64,000 nt of DNA from a virus (Duplodnaviria; Caudoviricetes): positions 16,889-80,888 of IMG/VR virus record IMGVR_UViG_3300045391_002348, one strand, 5' to 3'. A program made the position numbers and the translations under genes. This document shows, piece after piece, positions 1-8,282 of this stretch (position 1 is the stretch's first letter; every line of letters starts with the position of its first letter). Below the pieces are notes generated by a model. It was given only the letters and a program-made list of their open reading frames with translations, searched no databases and was not told the DNA's origin.

Positions 1-225
1 ACCGCCGGTGTCAAGACCACGGGAAGTCACACCCTCGACCATGCGCGTCAGGCCTTCGGCGGTGATCCCGCTCATCAGTATCGTCCGGGAGGTCCGAGCT
101 ACGCTCAGGGCGGTGTAATGAGTCCGCAGGACCAGGCCTACAGTGACAGCGTGTTCGATCTTGAGAACGGCTGGCGCGGTGCGGACTGGCTGGCGAAGAA
201 CCGTCCAGGTCAGCGACAGCAGTAA
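1..225 (+). CDS. 3' end of probable DUF2213-family head maturation/scaffold protein (partial)
   Basis: Frame 1 is open from base 1 to TAA at 223-225 (...QAYSDSVFDLENGWRG...). It lies directly upstream of the decoration and DUF2184 capsid genes, where DUF2213 genes usually sit. Confidence 0.55.
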   Translation, partial: TAGVKTTGSHTLDHARQAFGGDPAHQYRPGGPSYAQGGVMSPQDQAYSDSVFDLENGWRGADWLAKNRPGQRQQ

Positions 226-292
226 TCAGCGCGCGGGGTGTTGCCGGGACCCTCCGCTCCATCTAACAAACACTTACTAGGAGATCATCTCT

Positions 293-1141
293 ATGGGTAC
301 AGTAGTCCAAACAAGCTACGCTCCACAGCAGCGAGCCGGCATCGTTGGCATGCTCGTGAACCAAGTTCCTCACACTGTACGCTCCATGACTGTCGAGACC
401 GCGGCCGGCATCGGCTTTGGTCTCGCCGTCAGCCAGGGGTCCAGGGACGGTGGCTGCATTCTCGCCGGCTCAGCCTTCGTCGGCCTGAGCGTCCGAGACG
501 TCACCCTCGGCCTCGCCCCTGTCGATCCTCTGAGTGACACTCCGAACACTCTCGACACGTACGGCGTCTACACCGAGGCCGCTATCATGACGAGAGGAGA
601 CATGTGGGTGGCTCCCCAGGGAGCCGTGGCTGCCGGTAACAGCGTCTATTACAACACGACGACTGGGAAGCTCAGCGCGAGCGGCTCCGGCAACGGCGCA
701 TCCGGCTCCATCGTGTTCACCTCCCAACCGGTGGCCGACTCGACGATCACCCTGAACGGAGAGGCCTACACGTTCAAGGCATCCGGCGCGACAGGGGACC
801 AGGTCAACATCGGTCCTACCCTCGGAGACACGATTAGCAATCTCGTCGCTGTCCTGAATGCGAGCTCCAACACCGAGACGGCGAAAGCCACCTACGCGGC
901 CTCCCCCTCCTCGCCGGGAGGAGCTGGTCAAGGCTCGGGGGCCGACACCCTTCTCATCAGCTTCGATACCGTGGGCACCGCTGGTAACAGCTGGACGATC
1001 GCCACGACAGTGACAGGAGCTACGAGGTCCGCAGCTACCCTCCTGGGCGGCACGGCTGCAGCTACTCAGATCACCGGAGCCCGCTGGGCGACCAGCGCGA
1101 TCACCGGCCAGTTGGCTGTCGTCTCTCTCGGCAACCAGTAA
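293..1141 (+). CDS. Capsid decoration/cement protein with inserted beta-rich domain
   Basis: GGAG SD; GIGFGLAVSQG and IMTRGDMWV motifs typical of cement proteins preceding DUF2184 capsids. Confidence 0.75.
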   Translation: MGTVVQTSYAPQQRAGIVGMLVNQVPHTVRSMTVETAAGIGFGLAVSQGSRDGGCILAGSAFVGLSVRDVTLGLAPVDPLSDTPNTLDTYGVYTEAAIMTRGDMWVAPQGAVAAGNSVYYNTTTGKLSASGSGNGASGSIVFTSQPVADSTITLNGEAYTFKASGATGDQVNIGPTLGDTISNLVAVLNASSNTETAKATYAASPSSPGGAGQGSGADTLLISFDTVGTAGNSWTIATTVTGATRSAATLLGGTAAATQITGARWATSAITGQLAVVSLGNQ

Positions 1142-1182
1142 TTCGGATCAGGGCAACGGGTCCTAAATAGGAGTGTAGTTAC

Positions 1183-2130
1183 ATGTTATTCAGAGACAGT
1201 CCAACACAACAGCAGGCGATGGGCTTCCTCATCGCTCAGACGACCTACATCGAGCCGATGGTCTACCGGATACAGTACCCCGAGCTGAACTACAGGGAGC
1301 TAGTACCAGTCGATACGTCCGCGAACGAGTGGGCCAAGTCGATCACCTTCTTCAGCGTCGATCAGGTTGGCGCTGCTGACTGGTTCAACGCAGCGGCCAG
1401 CGACATCCCTCTGGCTGACATCGCGCGAGCGAAGTTCGAGGCGGGCATCGAGATGGCCGGTATTGGATACCGGTACAACCTGGAGGAGCTCGGCCAGGCG
1501 ATGATGCTACCGAACACGAACCTCACGTCAGAGAGAGCTGAGGCCGCGCGCAAGGCCTCGGAGGAGTTCACTCATAATACCGCGATGTATGGCGACGTGA
1601 GGAAGAACTGGAAGGGGATCACGAACCACACATCCCCTGCAGTCGTGAACGCTGCCCACACGTGGGCGTACTGGGTCGGCCAGGGGTCATCATATCTTAC
1701 GAACATCATCCAAGACTTCAACGGCCTACTCACGAATATCTGGCAGTCCTCGCTGACGGTTGAGATGGCCGACACGGTCCTCCTCCCACTCTCGGCCCTC
1801 ACTCTGCTGGCGACGACCCAGCTGCCAAATACGACGATGACACTCCTCCAGTTCATCATGGCGAATAACCTGTATACGCTAGAGACTGGACGACCTCTGA
1901 CCATCCGTGCGGTCCGTGGTCTCGACACCGCCGGGGCCTCCGGCAACGGCCGGGTCATTGCGTATCGTAAGGACCCGCAAGTCGTGAAGATGCACATGCC
2001 GATGCCGCACCGGTTCTTCCCGGTCTGGCAGCGCGGCCCCTTCGTATTTGACGTACCTGGTATTATGCGCATGGCCGGCCTAGAGATCAGGCGTCCAGGT
2101 GCGTTCCGATACCTGGACGGAGTTTGCTGA
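1183..2130 (+). CDS. Major capsid protein (DUF2184 family)
   Basis: 315 aa; YPELNYRELVPV, GYRYNLEEL, VPGIMRMAGLEIRRPGAFRYLDG signature. Confidence 0.92.
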   Translation: MLFRDSPTQQQAMGFLIAQTTYIEPMVYRIQYPELNYRELVPVDTSANEWAKSITFFSVDQVGAADWFNAAASDIPLADIARAKFEAGIEMAGIGYRYNLEELGQAMMLPNTNLTSERAEAARKASEEFTHNTAMYGDVRKNWKGITNHTSPAVVNAAHTWAYWVGQGSSYLTNIIQDFNGLLTNIWQSSLTVEMADTVLLPLSALTLLATTQLPNTTMTLLQFIMANNLYTLETGRPLTIRAVRGLDTAGASGNGRVIAYRKDPQVVKMHMPMPHRFFPVWQRGPFVFDVPGIMRMAGLEIRRPGAFRYLDGVC

Positions 2131-2174
2131 GAGGGCTGAATAACCAACCCTCTACTTTACGGGAGAAGTAACAA

Positions 2175-2747
2175 ATGTCCGAAAATAATGTGGCCATCCC
2201 GGCCACACCTGATAGGATCGTCGAGCAGGTCTCGACGAAGTTCTCTCTGGTGCCAGACGGTCGACGTCTGGCAGCAGCATCTCAGATCGTAAAAGTTCAG
2301 AATACGGACCCCCACCAGGTTCACGTCGTCGTAGACCGATTTCTGAAAGGTCATGAGATACTTCCTGGTCAGATCAAGGAAGTCGAGATGCTCGTGGAGG
2401 ACATCGAGGGGTTCATGAGGCAGCGTCTCCCAGGTCGAGGCTTCTATCCTCCCGGCGCTCGGGTGAAAGGGGGTGTCGTGAAAGGAGACAGGATGGTCGA
2501 CGGTCAGTTCATCCCTGGAGATAAAATCGAACTCCCTCCCCACCCTCTGTTATTCCCCGAGCTCGACTATAGAGTTATCGAGGCAAAGGCCCGAGAGGAG
2601 CGTATGAAGCGCACCCAGACCGGGGGCGTAGCCCAGCAGTCCGGCGATGGTGGTGAGATCGCCGAGCTTCGCGCTCTCATTGCGAAGCAGCAGAACGAGC
2701 TGAGTGAGATGCGCCGACAAATCGGCAGCAGCGGGGGTAAGAGGTAG
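2175..2747 (+). CDS. Hypothetical virion/head-associated protein
   Basis: SD GGGAG; fills the gap between capsid and connector genes; C-terminal coiled coil. Confidence 0.7.
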   Translation: MSENNVAIPATPDRIVEQVSTKFSLVPDGRRLAAASQIVKVQNTDPHQVHVVVDRFLKGHEILPGQIKEVEMLVEDIEGFMRQRLPGRGFYPPGARVKGGVVKGDRMVDGQFIPGDKIELPPHPLLFPELDYRVIEAKAREERMKRTQTGGVAQQSGDGGEIAELRALIAKQQNELSEMRRQIGSSGGKR

Positions 2748-3154
2748 TGGCAACTGTCGAGGACATCATCGCATTCAAGGCGAGGTTCTCGGAGTTCGCT
2801 AAGTTGAGCGACCCTCCGATTGCCGCGGTACTAAATACAGCCGACGTGTACCTCGACGACGTCATGTGGTCGCCCAGAGACTTTCCTCTCGCAAGAATGC
2901 TCTGGGCAGCCCACCTCCTGACACTTCAGCAGACCGTCGCAGCTAATAGCACGATCGATGGGACCGGTATGTCGGACTTGTTTGTAAGGTCCATCCGCTT
3001 CGGAGATCGCACCGTCACCTTTGAGCAGCGTCAGTCGTTCATGTCGGCCCAAGCCGGTATGGAGCCAGGCGAGATACTTCTGAGCTCGACGACCTACGGC
3101 CAGTTGTTCTTGCAGCTCCGCAGCCGCAACATTATTCCGGTGACCATTGTCTAA
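2747..3154 (+). CDS. Head-tail connector (DUF4054-like)
   Basis: FKARFSEF...LWAAHLL...STTYGQLFLQL pattern; GTG start overlapping the previous stop. Confidence 0.85.
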   Translation: MATVEDIIAFKARFSEFAKLSDPPIAAVLNTADVYLDDVMWSPRDFPLARMLWAAHLLTLQQTVAANSTIDGTGMSDLFVRSIRFGDRTVTFEQRQSFMSAQAGMEPGEILLSSTTYGQLFLQLRSRNIIPVTIV

Positions 3155-3539
3155 TTGGCGTCAACTAGAGCAGAGGATGGACGCTATCGTCGATCGCCAG
3201 TTCGGCGAGCCGGTAGAGTTCAGACCGTGGAAGAACAGTGGGGTTCGCAACGAGGGCGAGCCTGACCCGTCTCGCGATGTCGTGAAAACCGTGGGGATAG
3301 AGGTTACGCTGTCCGAAGGTAGCGCTATCACGGGAGGCAAGCAGTTCTCCAACAGCGTGTGGGTCTCCGTGGAGGAGAGCGTGCTGGGTGACCTGGCGTC
3401 CTGGAAGAAGTACGACAGGATAGTCCTCCCTGAGAGGCCAGCGGGTCAGAACGTCTTCATGTGGGACCACGCTCTCCCAGGAGCCACGGGGCGCATCGAG
3501 GTGTTCATGACTCGACTCTCTCCTGTGAGCCCACCATGA
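3147..3539 (+). CDS. Head-tail joining/closure protein
   Basis: Position after the connector; small beta-rich protein; overlapping start/stop. Confidence 0.6.
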   Translation: MSNWRQLEQRMDAIVDRQFGEPVEFRPWKNSGVRNEGEPDPSRDVVKTVGIEVTLSEGSAITGGKQFSNSVWVSVEESVLGDLASWKKYDRIVLPERPAGQNVFMWDHALPGATGRIEVFMTRLSPVSPP

Positions 3540-4354
3540 GTTTACTACGTCCAGTCATCAGAGCCTGCGTAGTCGCGGCCCTTCGCGAGCAGACATGGGC
3601 CCAAGAGCGGGTGTTCGACAGCGACCTCTCTCCCCTCGCGGACGCTGTTCTCGGAGAGACGGCCAAACCGTATATCGTCGTATTCACAGATACTGATGAC
3701 TTGAACCCGGTGAGGGGGAAGGCCGAGCTATATGACGGCGACAGCAGGGCTCTCAGTATCGTGCTGGAGATAGGAGTAGCCAACGCAGTAAAGGACCCGC
3801 AGGGGAGCATTCAGCTGCAGTTCGCCGCCACCGACGTAGGGATGGAGACCGCGTGCGATGTAATAGACACGCAGGCCCTGAACGCCTTGTTTGGTAATCC
3901 GAGGAACGCCTGGAGCGACCTCATAAAGCGCTTCGTGTACAAGGTTCAGCGCATATCCAGGCGGCGGGGGGGTCAGGGTGGCAAGGGAGTGCGGTTCGCA
4001 GCGCGTCAGATCACAATCACCTGCTCTACCAACTACGAGTTGTCGCCCGGGATCGTACCTCCTGAGACTCACCCGGTTCACCAGTTCATCGACCTGGCGA
4101 AGGAGAGGCCCCTGAGTGAGGAGGTCGACCTGGCCTCTATCATCGAGCAGCTTTTGACGACGAACCAACTCCCAGACTGGCGCGTAGCTCAGAGCCTCCT
4201 CGGTATCGACACTGATGCAAGTGTGAAGCTCGTGGCTGGCGAGACACCAGTCTGGGAGACCAGCTGGCCTGGAGTACCGGGGATCGAGGACGAGGAACCA
4301 GCAGAGATTGTAACAATCATACCGGTGGACCAGACCGGTGAAGCTGAAAGTTAA
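3536..4354 (+). CDS. Neck/tail-completion protein (start MSLLRP at the ATGA overlap)
   Basis: ATGA overlap at 3536-3539; VFDSDLSPL...PYIVVFTD pattern; synteny. Confidence 0.6.
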   Translation: MSLLRPVIRACVVAALREQTWAQERVFDSDLSPLADAVLGETAKPYIVVFTDTDDLNPVRGKAELYDGDSRALSIVLEIGVANAVKDPQGSIQLQFAATDVGMETACDVIDTQALNALFGNPRNAWSDLIKRFVYKVQRISRRRGGQGGKGVRFAARQITITCSTNYELSPGIVPPETHPVHQFIDLAKERPLSEEVDLASIIEQLLTTNQLPDWRVAQSLLGIDTDASVKLVAGETPVWETSWPGVPGIEDEEPAEIVTIIPVDQTGEAES

Positions 4355-4991
4355 TGTGGATGAACTCCTAAACTGGGGGAGGTTCGGAGAGCAGATGAGC
4401 CAGAGAACCCCAGCGGCCATCGCCCGCGCACTGAATGCGTATGGCGAGGGGGTCGCGAAGGGAGCGGCTCAGAGGATCGCTGAAAAGACCGGCATCGATA
4501 TAAACACGATTGCCGAGACGATCACAATAAAGCGGGCGACCCCCGACGACCTCAAGTGGTCTATGGATGCCAGCATGCTATCTCCCCCGGACGCCCGGTG
4601 GTCCAGACCCTGGGAGAGTAGGAACGAGAAGGCCTTCGAGCAGGACACCCTCGTGAATATAATCACGGTAGAGGACGACTGCGTATGCGAAGCTTGCGAA
4701 GAGGCTGCCTCGAAGGGGCCGTACACGATGGCCGAGGTCCGAGACCTTCAAGCCAAGTGGGCGGACTTCGTACCAAAGACCCTGGGCGGAGGAGTGAGGA
4801 CGAACCTCATTCATCCGAACTGCCGCTGCACGATCCAGAGTTGGAAGTCTCTCCGGAAGGTCCCGGTCATGCAGCAAGGTACGCCTAAGCCCGGGGCTCC
4901 TCCGCCACAGAAGTTCACCGTTCGTCAGCTGGGGCAGCTGATAGCGAGTGAGATCAGAACTGAGATCAAGGCCGTGAAGGGTAAGAGATGA
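4338..4991 (+). CDS. Neck protein with CxxC and HPNCRC (MuF-like) C-terminal motif
   Basis: AIARALN N-terminus like tail completion proteins; CEAC...HPNCRC motif. Confidence 0.6.
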   Translation: MKLKVNVDELLNWGRFGEQMSQRTPAAIARALNAYGEGVAKGAAQRIAEKTGIDINTIAETITIKRATPDDLKWSMDASMLSPPDARWSRPWESRNEKAFEQDTLVNIITVEDDCVCEACEEAASKGPYTMAEVRDLQAKWADFVPKTLGGGVRTNLIHPNCRCTIQSWKSLRKVPVMQQGTPKPGAPPPQKFTVRQLGQLIASEIRTEIKAVKGKR

Positions 4992-5728
4992 TAGGCCAGA
5001 AGCACTTCGACCGACTGGTGTTCCAGGTAGCCCAGTCGAGAAGGACCTCAGGGAACGAGAAGCGCGTAGGATACGTGCAGTCGGTGCAGAGGAACAAGGT
5101 GGAGCAGAAGGTCCGTGTCGTGATAGGGATACGGCCCGACGGCTCTCCCTGGGTATCACCCTGGCTCCACACGACTGACCACACCGGAGGAGCGAGCCGC
5201 GAGCAGAAGCTCTACGAGATCGGTCAGAACGTCCTGGTGTCCTGCCCTGGGGGAGACTTCAGCAGAGCCACCGTGTCTCCCTGGGCCGAGAGCGAGGCGT
5301 TCCCGGCCCCGGACCACGCGACCCAGATCAACGGCGATACCCTGCAGATGGGGAAGCTCCGCGTCAGCAAGCACAAGCAGGACAGCGGGCACTTCTACGA
5401 CATCTGGATCGCCGAGGGGGACGAGCCGCCGCCGGAGCACCAGGAGCAGACGGGGAAGCCTGAGAGCGGCGGAGGAGGCCAGTCCGGCTCCTTTACATCT
5501 AACAGGGAGCCTGGCAAGCCAGCGATGAAGGTCCGCATCCACGAGAGCGGCTGCATCACCGGTCGAGTAGGGAACGATGACAATGCTCCGAGGTTCGCAG
5601 CCCACACAGCAGGGGCGAAGATACGATCGGGGCAGGGAGCGTACTGGATCGATGTTCAGGGCAACCTCTGGACGACCAGCGCTCCGCAGATAAAGGATGA
5701 CAAGGTCATCCCGAACGACAACGACTAG
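4988..5728 (+). CDS. Baseplate assembly protein V / spike
   Basis: SPWL...YEIGQNVLVSCPGGD gpV OB-fold pattern. Confidence 0.85.
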   Translation: MIGQKHFDRLVFQVAQSRRTSGNEKRVGYVQSVQRNKVEQKVRVVIGIRPDGSPWVSPWLHTTDHTGGASREQKLYEIGQNVLVSCPGGDFSRATVSPWAESEAFPAPDHATQINGDTLQMGKLRVSKHKQDSGHFYDIWIAEGDEPPPEHQEQTGKPESGGGGQSGSFTSNREPGKPAMKVRIHESGCITGRVGNDDNAPRFAAHTAGAKIRSGQGAYWIDVQGNLWTTSAPQIKDDKVIPNDND

Positions 5729-5741
5729 AGGAGAAGTGAGT

Positions 5742-5957
5742 ATGCAAGTTGCTAAGCGTTTTCAAAAGCCCGGCGACGGAGCACAGGACCCGACGCGGGA
5801 GTACAAGATCGCTGACCCTCACCACAAGCCCGACTTGAACGGCGAGCTCGGCGGCGCGAGGGTCTACATGAAGAACGGAGTTCAGTATGTTAGACTGACA
5901 CCGGCACAGGCCAAGTTCTATGTCGACTCCGGTTCTCTGGTCGAGATGAATGGCTAG
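5742..5957 (+). CDS. Small hypothetical protein
   Basis: SD GAGGAG, ATG at 5742; YVRLTPAQAKFYVDSGSL. Confidence 0.65.
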   Translation: MQVAKRFQKPGDGAQDPTREYKIADPHHKPDLNGELGGARVYMKNGVQYVRLTPAQAKFYVDSGSLVEMNG

Positions 5958-6258
5958 GAACGTAACATCAGTCATCGTCGATCGAGTGACACATCCTGCG
6001 CCTCCTGGTGCAATCAAGTTCACGTCGAAGTTCGGTACTGGTGAAATAACCGGCTTCGTTCACGGGTGTCCGTGTGGTTGTGGTGCATGGAGCGGCGTCC
6101 ACTTCGAGAACTACGGTACTCCTCCTATGTGGCAGCGCACTGGTGATGATTGGCACATGACACTTGAACCGTCGATCGGTATTCGACATCCGAAGGGAGA
6201 TCAGTCAGGCTATCACTGGCACGGCTATCTACGTAACGGTGTCTTTGAGGAGTGCTGA
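5950..6258 (+). CDS. DUF6527-like Cys/His protein (copy 1)
   Basis: CPCGCG...TLEPSI...HWHGYLRNG pattern. Confidence 0.6.
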   Translation: MARNVTSVIVDRVTHPAPPGAIKFTSKFGTGEITGFVHGCPCGCGAWSGVHFENYGTPPMWQRTGDDWHMTLEPSIGIRHPKGDQSGYHWHGYLRNGVFEEC

Positions 6259-6261
6259 TTT

Positions 6262-6819
6262 TTGGCTAACTTCATCATAGACGGCTCCTCACCGTACTAC
6301 TCGACGCTGAGAGCAACCTGGCCCGATCTGTATGAGTCGCGGGCCATCATCGCTCCGTCAGGGTCCGGTGTGGACAGGAATACCGGCCGAATCATCAGCG
6401 GCTGGGATCACGTTGAGCAGAGCATCGAGGTAATCTTCGCTACCCCCTTCCACCAGCGGGTCCTCCGCCGCTGGGTCGGCTCCTTCGTCCCTCACATCCT
6501 CGGTGAGAGCGCTGTACCGAGGATCATCACCCGGTTCTTCTGGGCGATCGCAACAGCGATCGACCTCTGGGAGCCGCGGTACAGGGTGAAGCAGGTATTC
6601 TTCATGGGGGATGCTCTGAACCAGGAGACTGCGAGCCTGCTCGGGGCCCACAGTTCTCTGGCAGCAGCGGACCTCCTTCGACTGGGCCAGGCGATCTTCC
6701 GCCAGGAGGGTGTATACTTTCCGCGCGGGCACGTCGGAGACTTCACTCCGTATCATCAGCGCCAGTTCGGAATAACCGGACGGGGCGGTAACCTCTGGGA
6801 CGTGGTTGCACCGACATGA
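6262..6819 (+). CDS. Baseplate wedge protein W (gp25-like)
   Basis: GVDRNTGRIISGWDHVEQSIEVIFATP...RRWVGS...WEPR motif. Confidence 0.9.
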   Translation: MANFIIDGSSPYYSTLRATWPDLYESRAIIAPSGSGVDRNTGRIISGWDHVEQSIEVIFATPFHQRVLRRWVGSFVPHILGESAVPRIITRFFWAIATAIDLWEPRYRVKQVFFMGDALNQETASLLGAHSSLAAADLLRLGQAIFRQEGVYFPRGHVGDFTPYHQRQFGITGRGGNLWDVVAPT

Positions 6820-7169
6820 GCAAGTTAGTCAGGTTGAACAAGCAATACTATTACTACAACGGATACGGTCACTGGTGCCCGGGGTGCGGTGGTGGACACG
6901 AGATAGCTGTCGGCGAGAAGAACAGCTCAGGGGCCGAGTGGCAATTCAACAATAATCTCGCCTCGCCCTCCTTCTCGCCGAGCATAAATATCCGCTCCGG
7001 AAGGTACGCAGACCCGAACTACACCGGCGGCGGAGGGCGCATCTGCCACTATTTCATAACCGACGGGAAGATCATATACTGTTCCGACACGACCCACGCT
7101 CTTTCAGGTAAGACGGTCGACCTTCCAGATATACCCGAGAACAAGTATCAGTCATGTCAGCGTCTCTGA
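6816..7169 (+). CDS. DUF6527-like Cys/His protein (copy 2)
   Basis: WCPGCGGGH...WQFNNNLASPSFSPSI...ICHYFITDGKIIYCSDTTHALSGKTVDLPD. Confidence 0.75.
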   Translation: MSKLVRLNKQYYYYNGYGHWCPGCGGGHEIAVGEKNSSGAEWQFNNNLASPSFSPSINIRSGRYADPNYTGGGGRICHYFITDGKIIYCSDTTHALSGKTVDLPDIPENKYQSCQRL

Positions 7170-7648
7170 CAGTTGCCCGCTTCCTCGTGGCTCTCGGCGT
7201 GACGGGTCTAGCGATCTTAGCCCTCGTGTCCATAGAGAACAAGCGCCAGCGATCCAACCTGGACACGCTAGAGAGATTGAAAGCTCATGAGCAACCTAGT
7301 CTCAACAGTACCATCACGCTTCACAGTGATCCGTCCCGAGCTCCTTCCACCGATGGCAGTCCTCCAGCCGATCGACACGGAGACGATCATCTCAGCAAGG
7401 ATGGCGAAGTTCAAGGCCCTGTGGGCGAGCTACGACCCACCGAACGCAGCCCAGTACGACGTGGAAGGCCTGGAGTTCGATCCGATAAAAATACAGGCGG
7501 AGCTCGGCGCGTTCTTCGAACTCCTGGTAAGGGACAGAGTAAACCAGGCCGCGAGAGCAGTGACCCTTGCGTACGCGATTGGTTCGGACCTGGATGCCAT
7601 TGGCTCGCGATACCCCTATGGGGTGACGCGACAATTAGGAGAGAGTGA
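7154..7648 (+). CDS. Possible small membrane protein overprinting the 5' end of baseplate J
   Basis: N-terminal TM (FLVALGVTGLAILALVSI) occupies the otherwise empty 7170-7286 gap. Confidence 0.4.
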   Translation: MSASLTVARFLVALGVTGLAILALVSIENKRQRSNLDTLERLKAHEQPSLNSTITLHSDPSRAPSTDGSPPADRHGDDHLSKDGEVQGPVGELRPTERSPVRRGRPGVRSDKNTGGARRVLRTPGKGQSKPGRESSDPCVRDWFGPGCHWLAIPLWGDATIRRE

Positions 7649-8282
7649 CAGATCGTATCGGACGCGACTGTGGCTCTCTCCCTCGATCTTCTCCCTCAAC
7701 GGTCCCGGGCAAGGGACCTTCGAGAGCTATGTATTTTGGGCCCTCTCGGCTCCGATGACCGACGGAAAGTTGCGGCACGCAGCCGCTCTGACGAGGAGGG
7801 GGACTGGTCAGGTCATCATTCCGATTATGCGGGATGATAACACAGCCAGCACATTCAAAGACATCGTGACCGGAGAGTGGGTGACGACCTACTCGGGCTC
7901 GCCGCTCCCGACAGATACGCAAGTGTCTGAGGTCTACGAGTACATAAACGATGCAGATGAGGCCCGCAAAGGTCTTACTGACATCTTGTATATAACGAAG
8001 CCAAAGCTGTTTCGTACAAATATTCGGGCAGCAATCAAGCTATTTCCTGGAGTAGATCGGGACAGCCTGATGACCGAGACGATGGACGCTCTGAAGGAGT
8101 TGGTCGAGGCCATACGGTGGTTGGGGGCCGACCTAACGAACCTCGCTCTGAAGGGGGCTATGGCCCAGGCTGGGGTCTACAACGTAGACATCAAAGAGCC
8201 GGCATCCGACATAGTAACCGACCAGAGTGGTTGCGTGCTCGTGTCTGAGATCAGACTCAGCTACTCCGGAGTCGGCGAGTAA
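7287..8282 (+). CDS. Baseplate assembly protein J
   Basis: EFDPIKIQAE...RVNQAARAVTLAYAIGSDLDAIG...ESDRSYRTRL, GP...YVFWALSA. Confidence 0.92.
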   Translation: MSNLVSTVPSRFTVIRPELLPPMAVLQPIDTETIISARMAKFKALWASYDPPNAAQYDVEGLEFDPIKIQAELGAFFELLVRDRVNQAARAVTLAYAIGSDLDAIGSRYPYGVTRQLGESDRSYRTRLWLSPSIFSLNGPGQGTFESYVFWALSAPMTDGKLRHAAALTRRGTGQVIIPIMRDDNTASTFKDIVTGEWVTTYSGSPLPTDTQVSEVYEYINDADEARKGLTDILYITKPKLFRTNIRAAIKLFPGVDRDSLMTETMDALKELVEAIRWLGADLTNLALKGAMAQAGVYNVDIKEPASDIVTDQSGCVLVSEIRLSYSGVGE

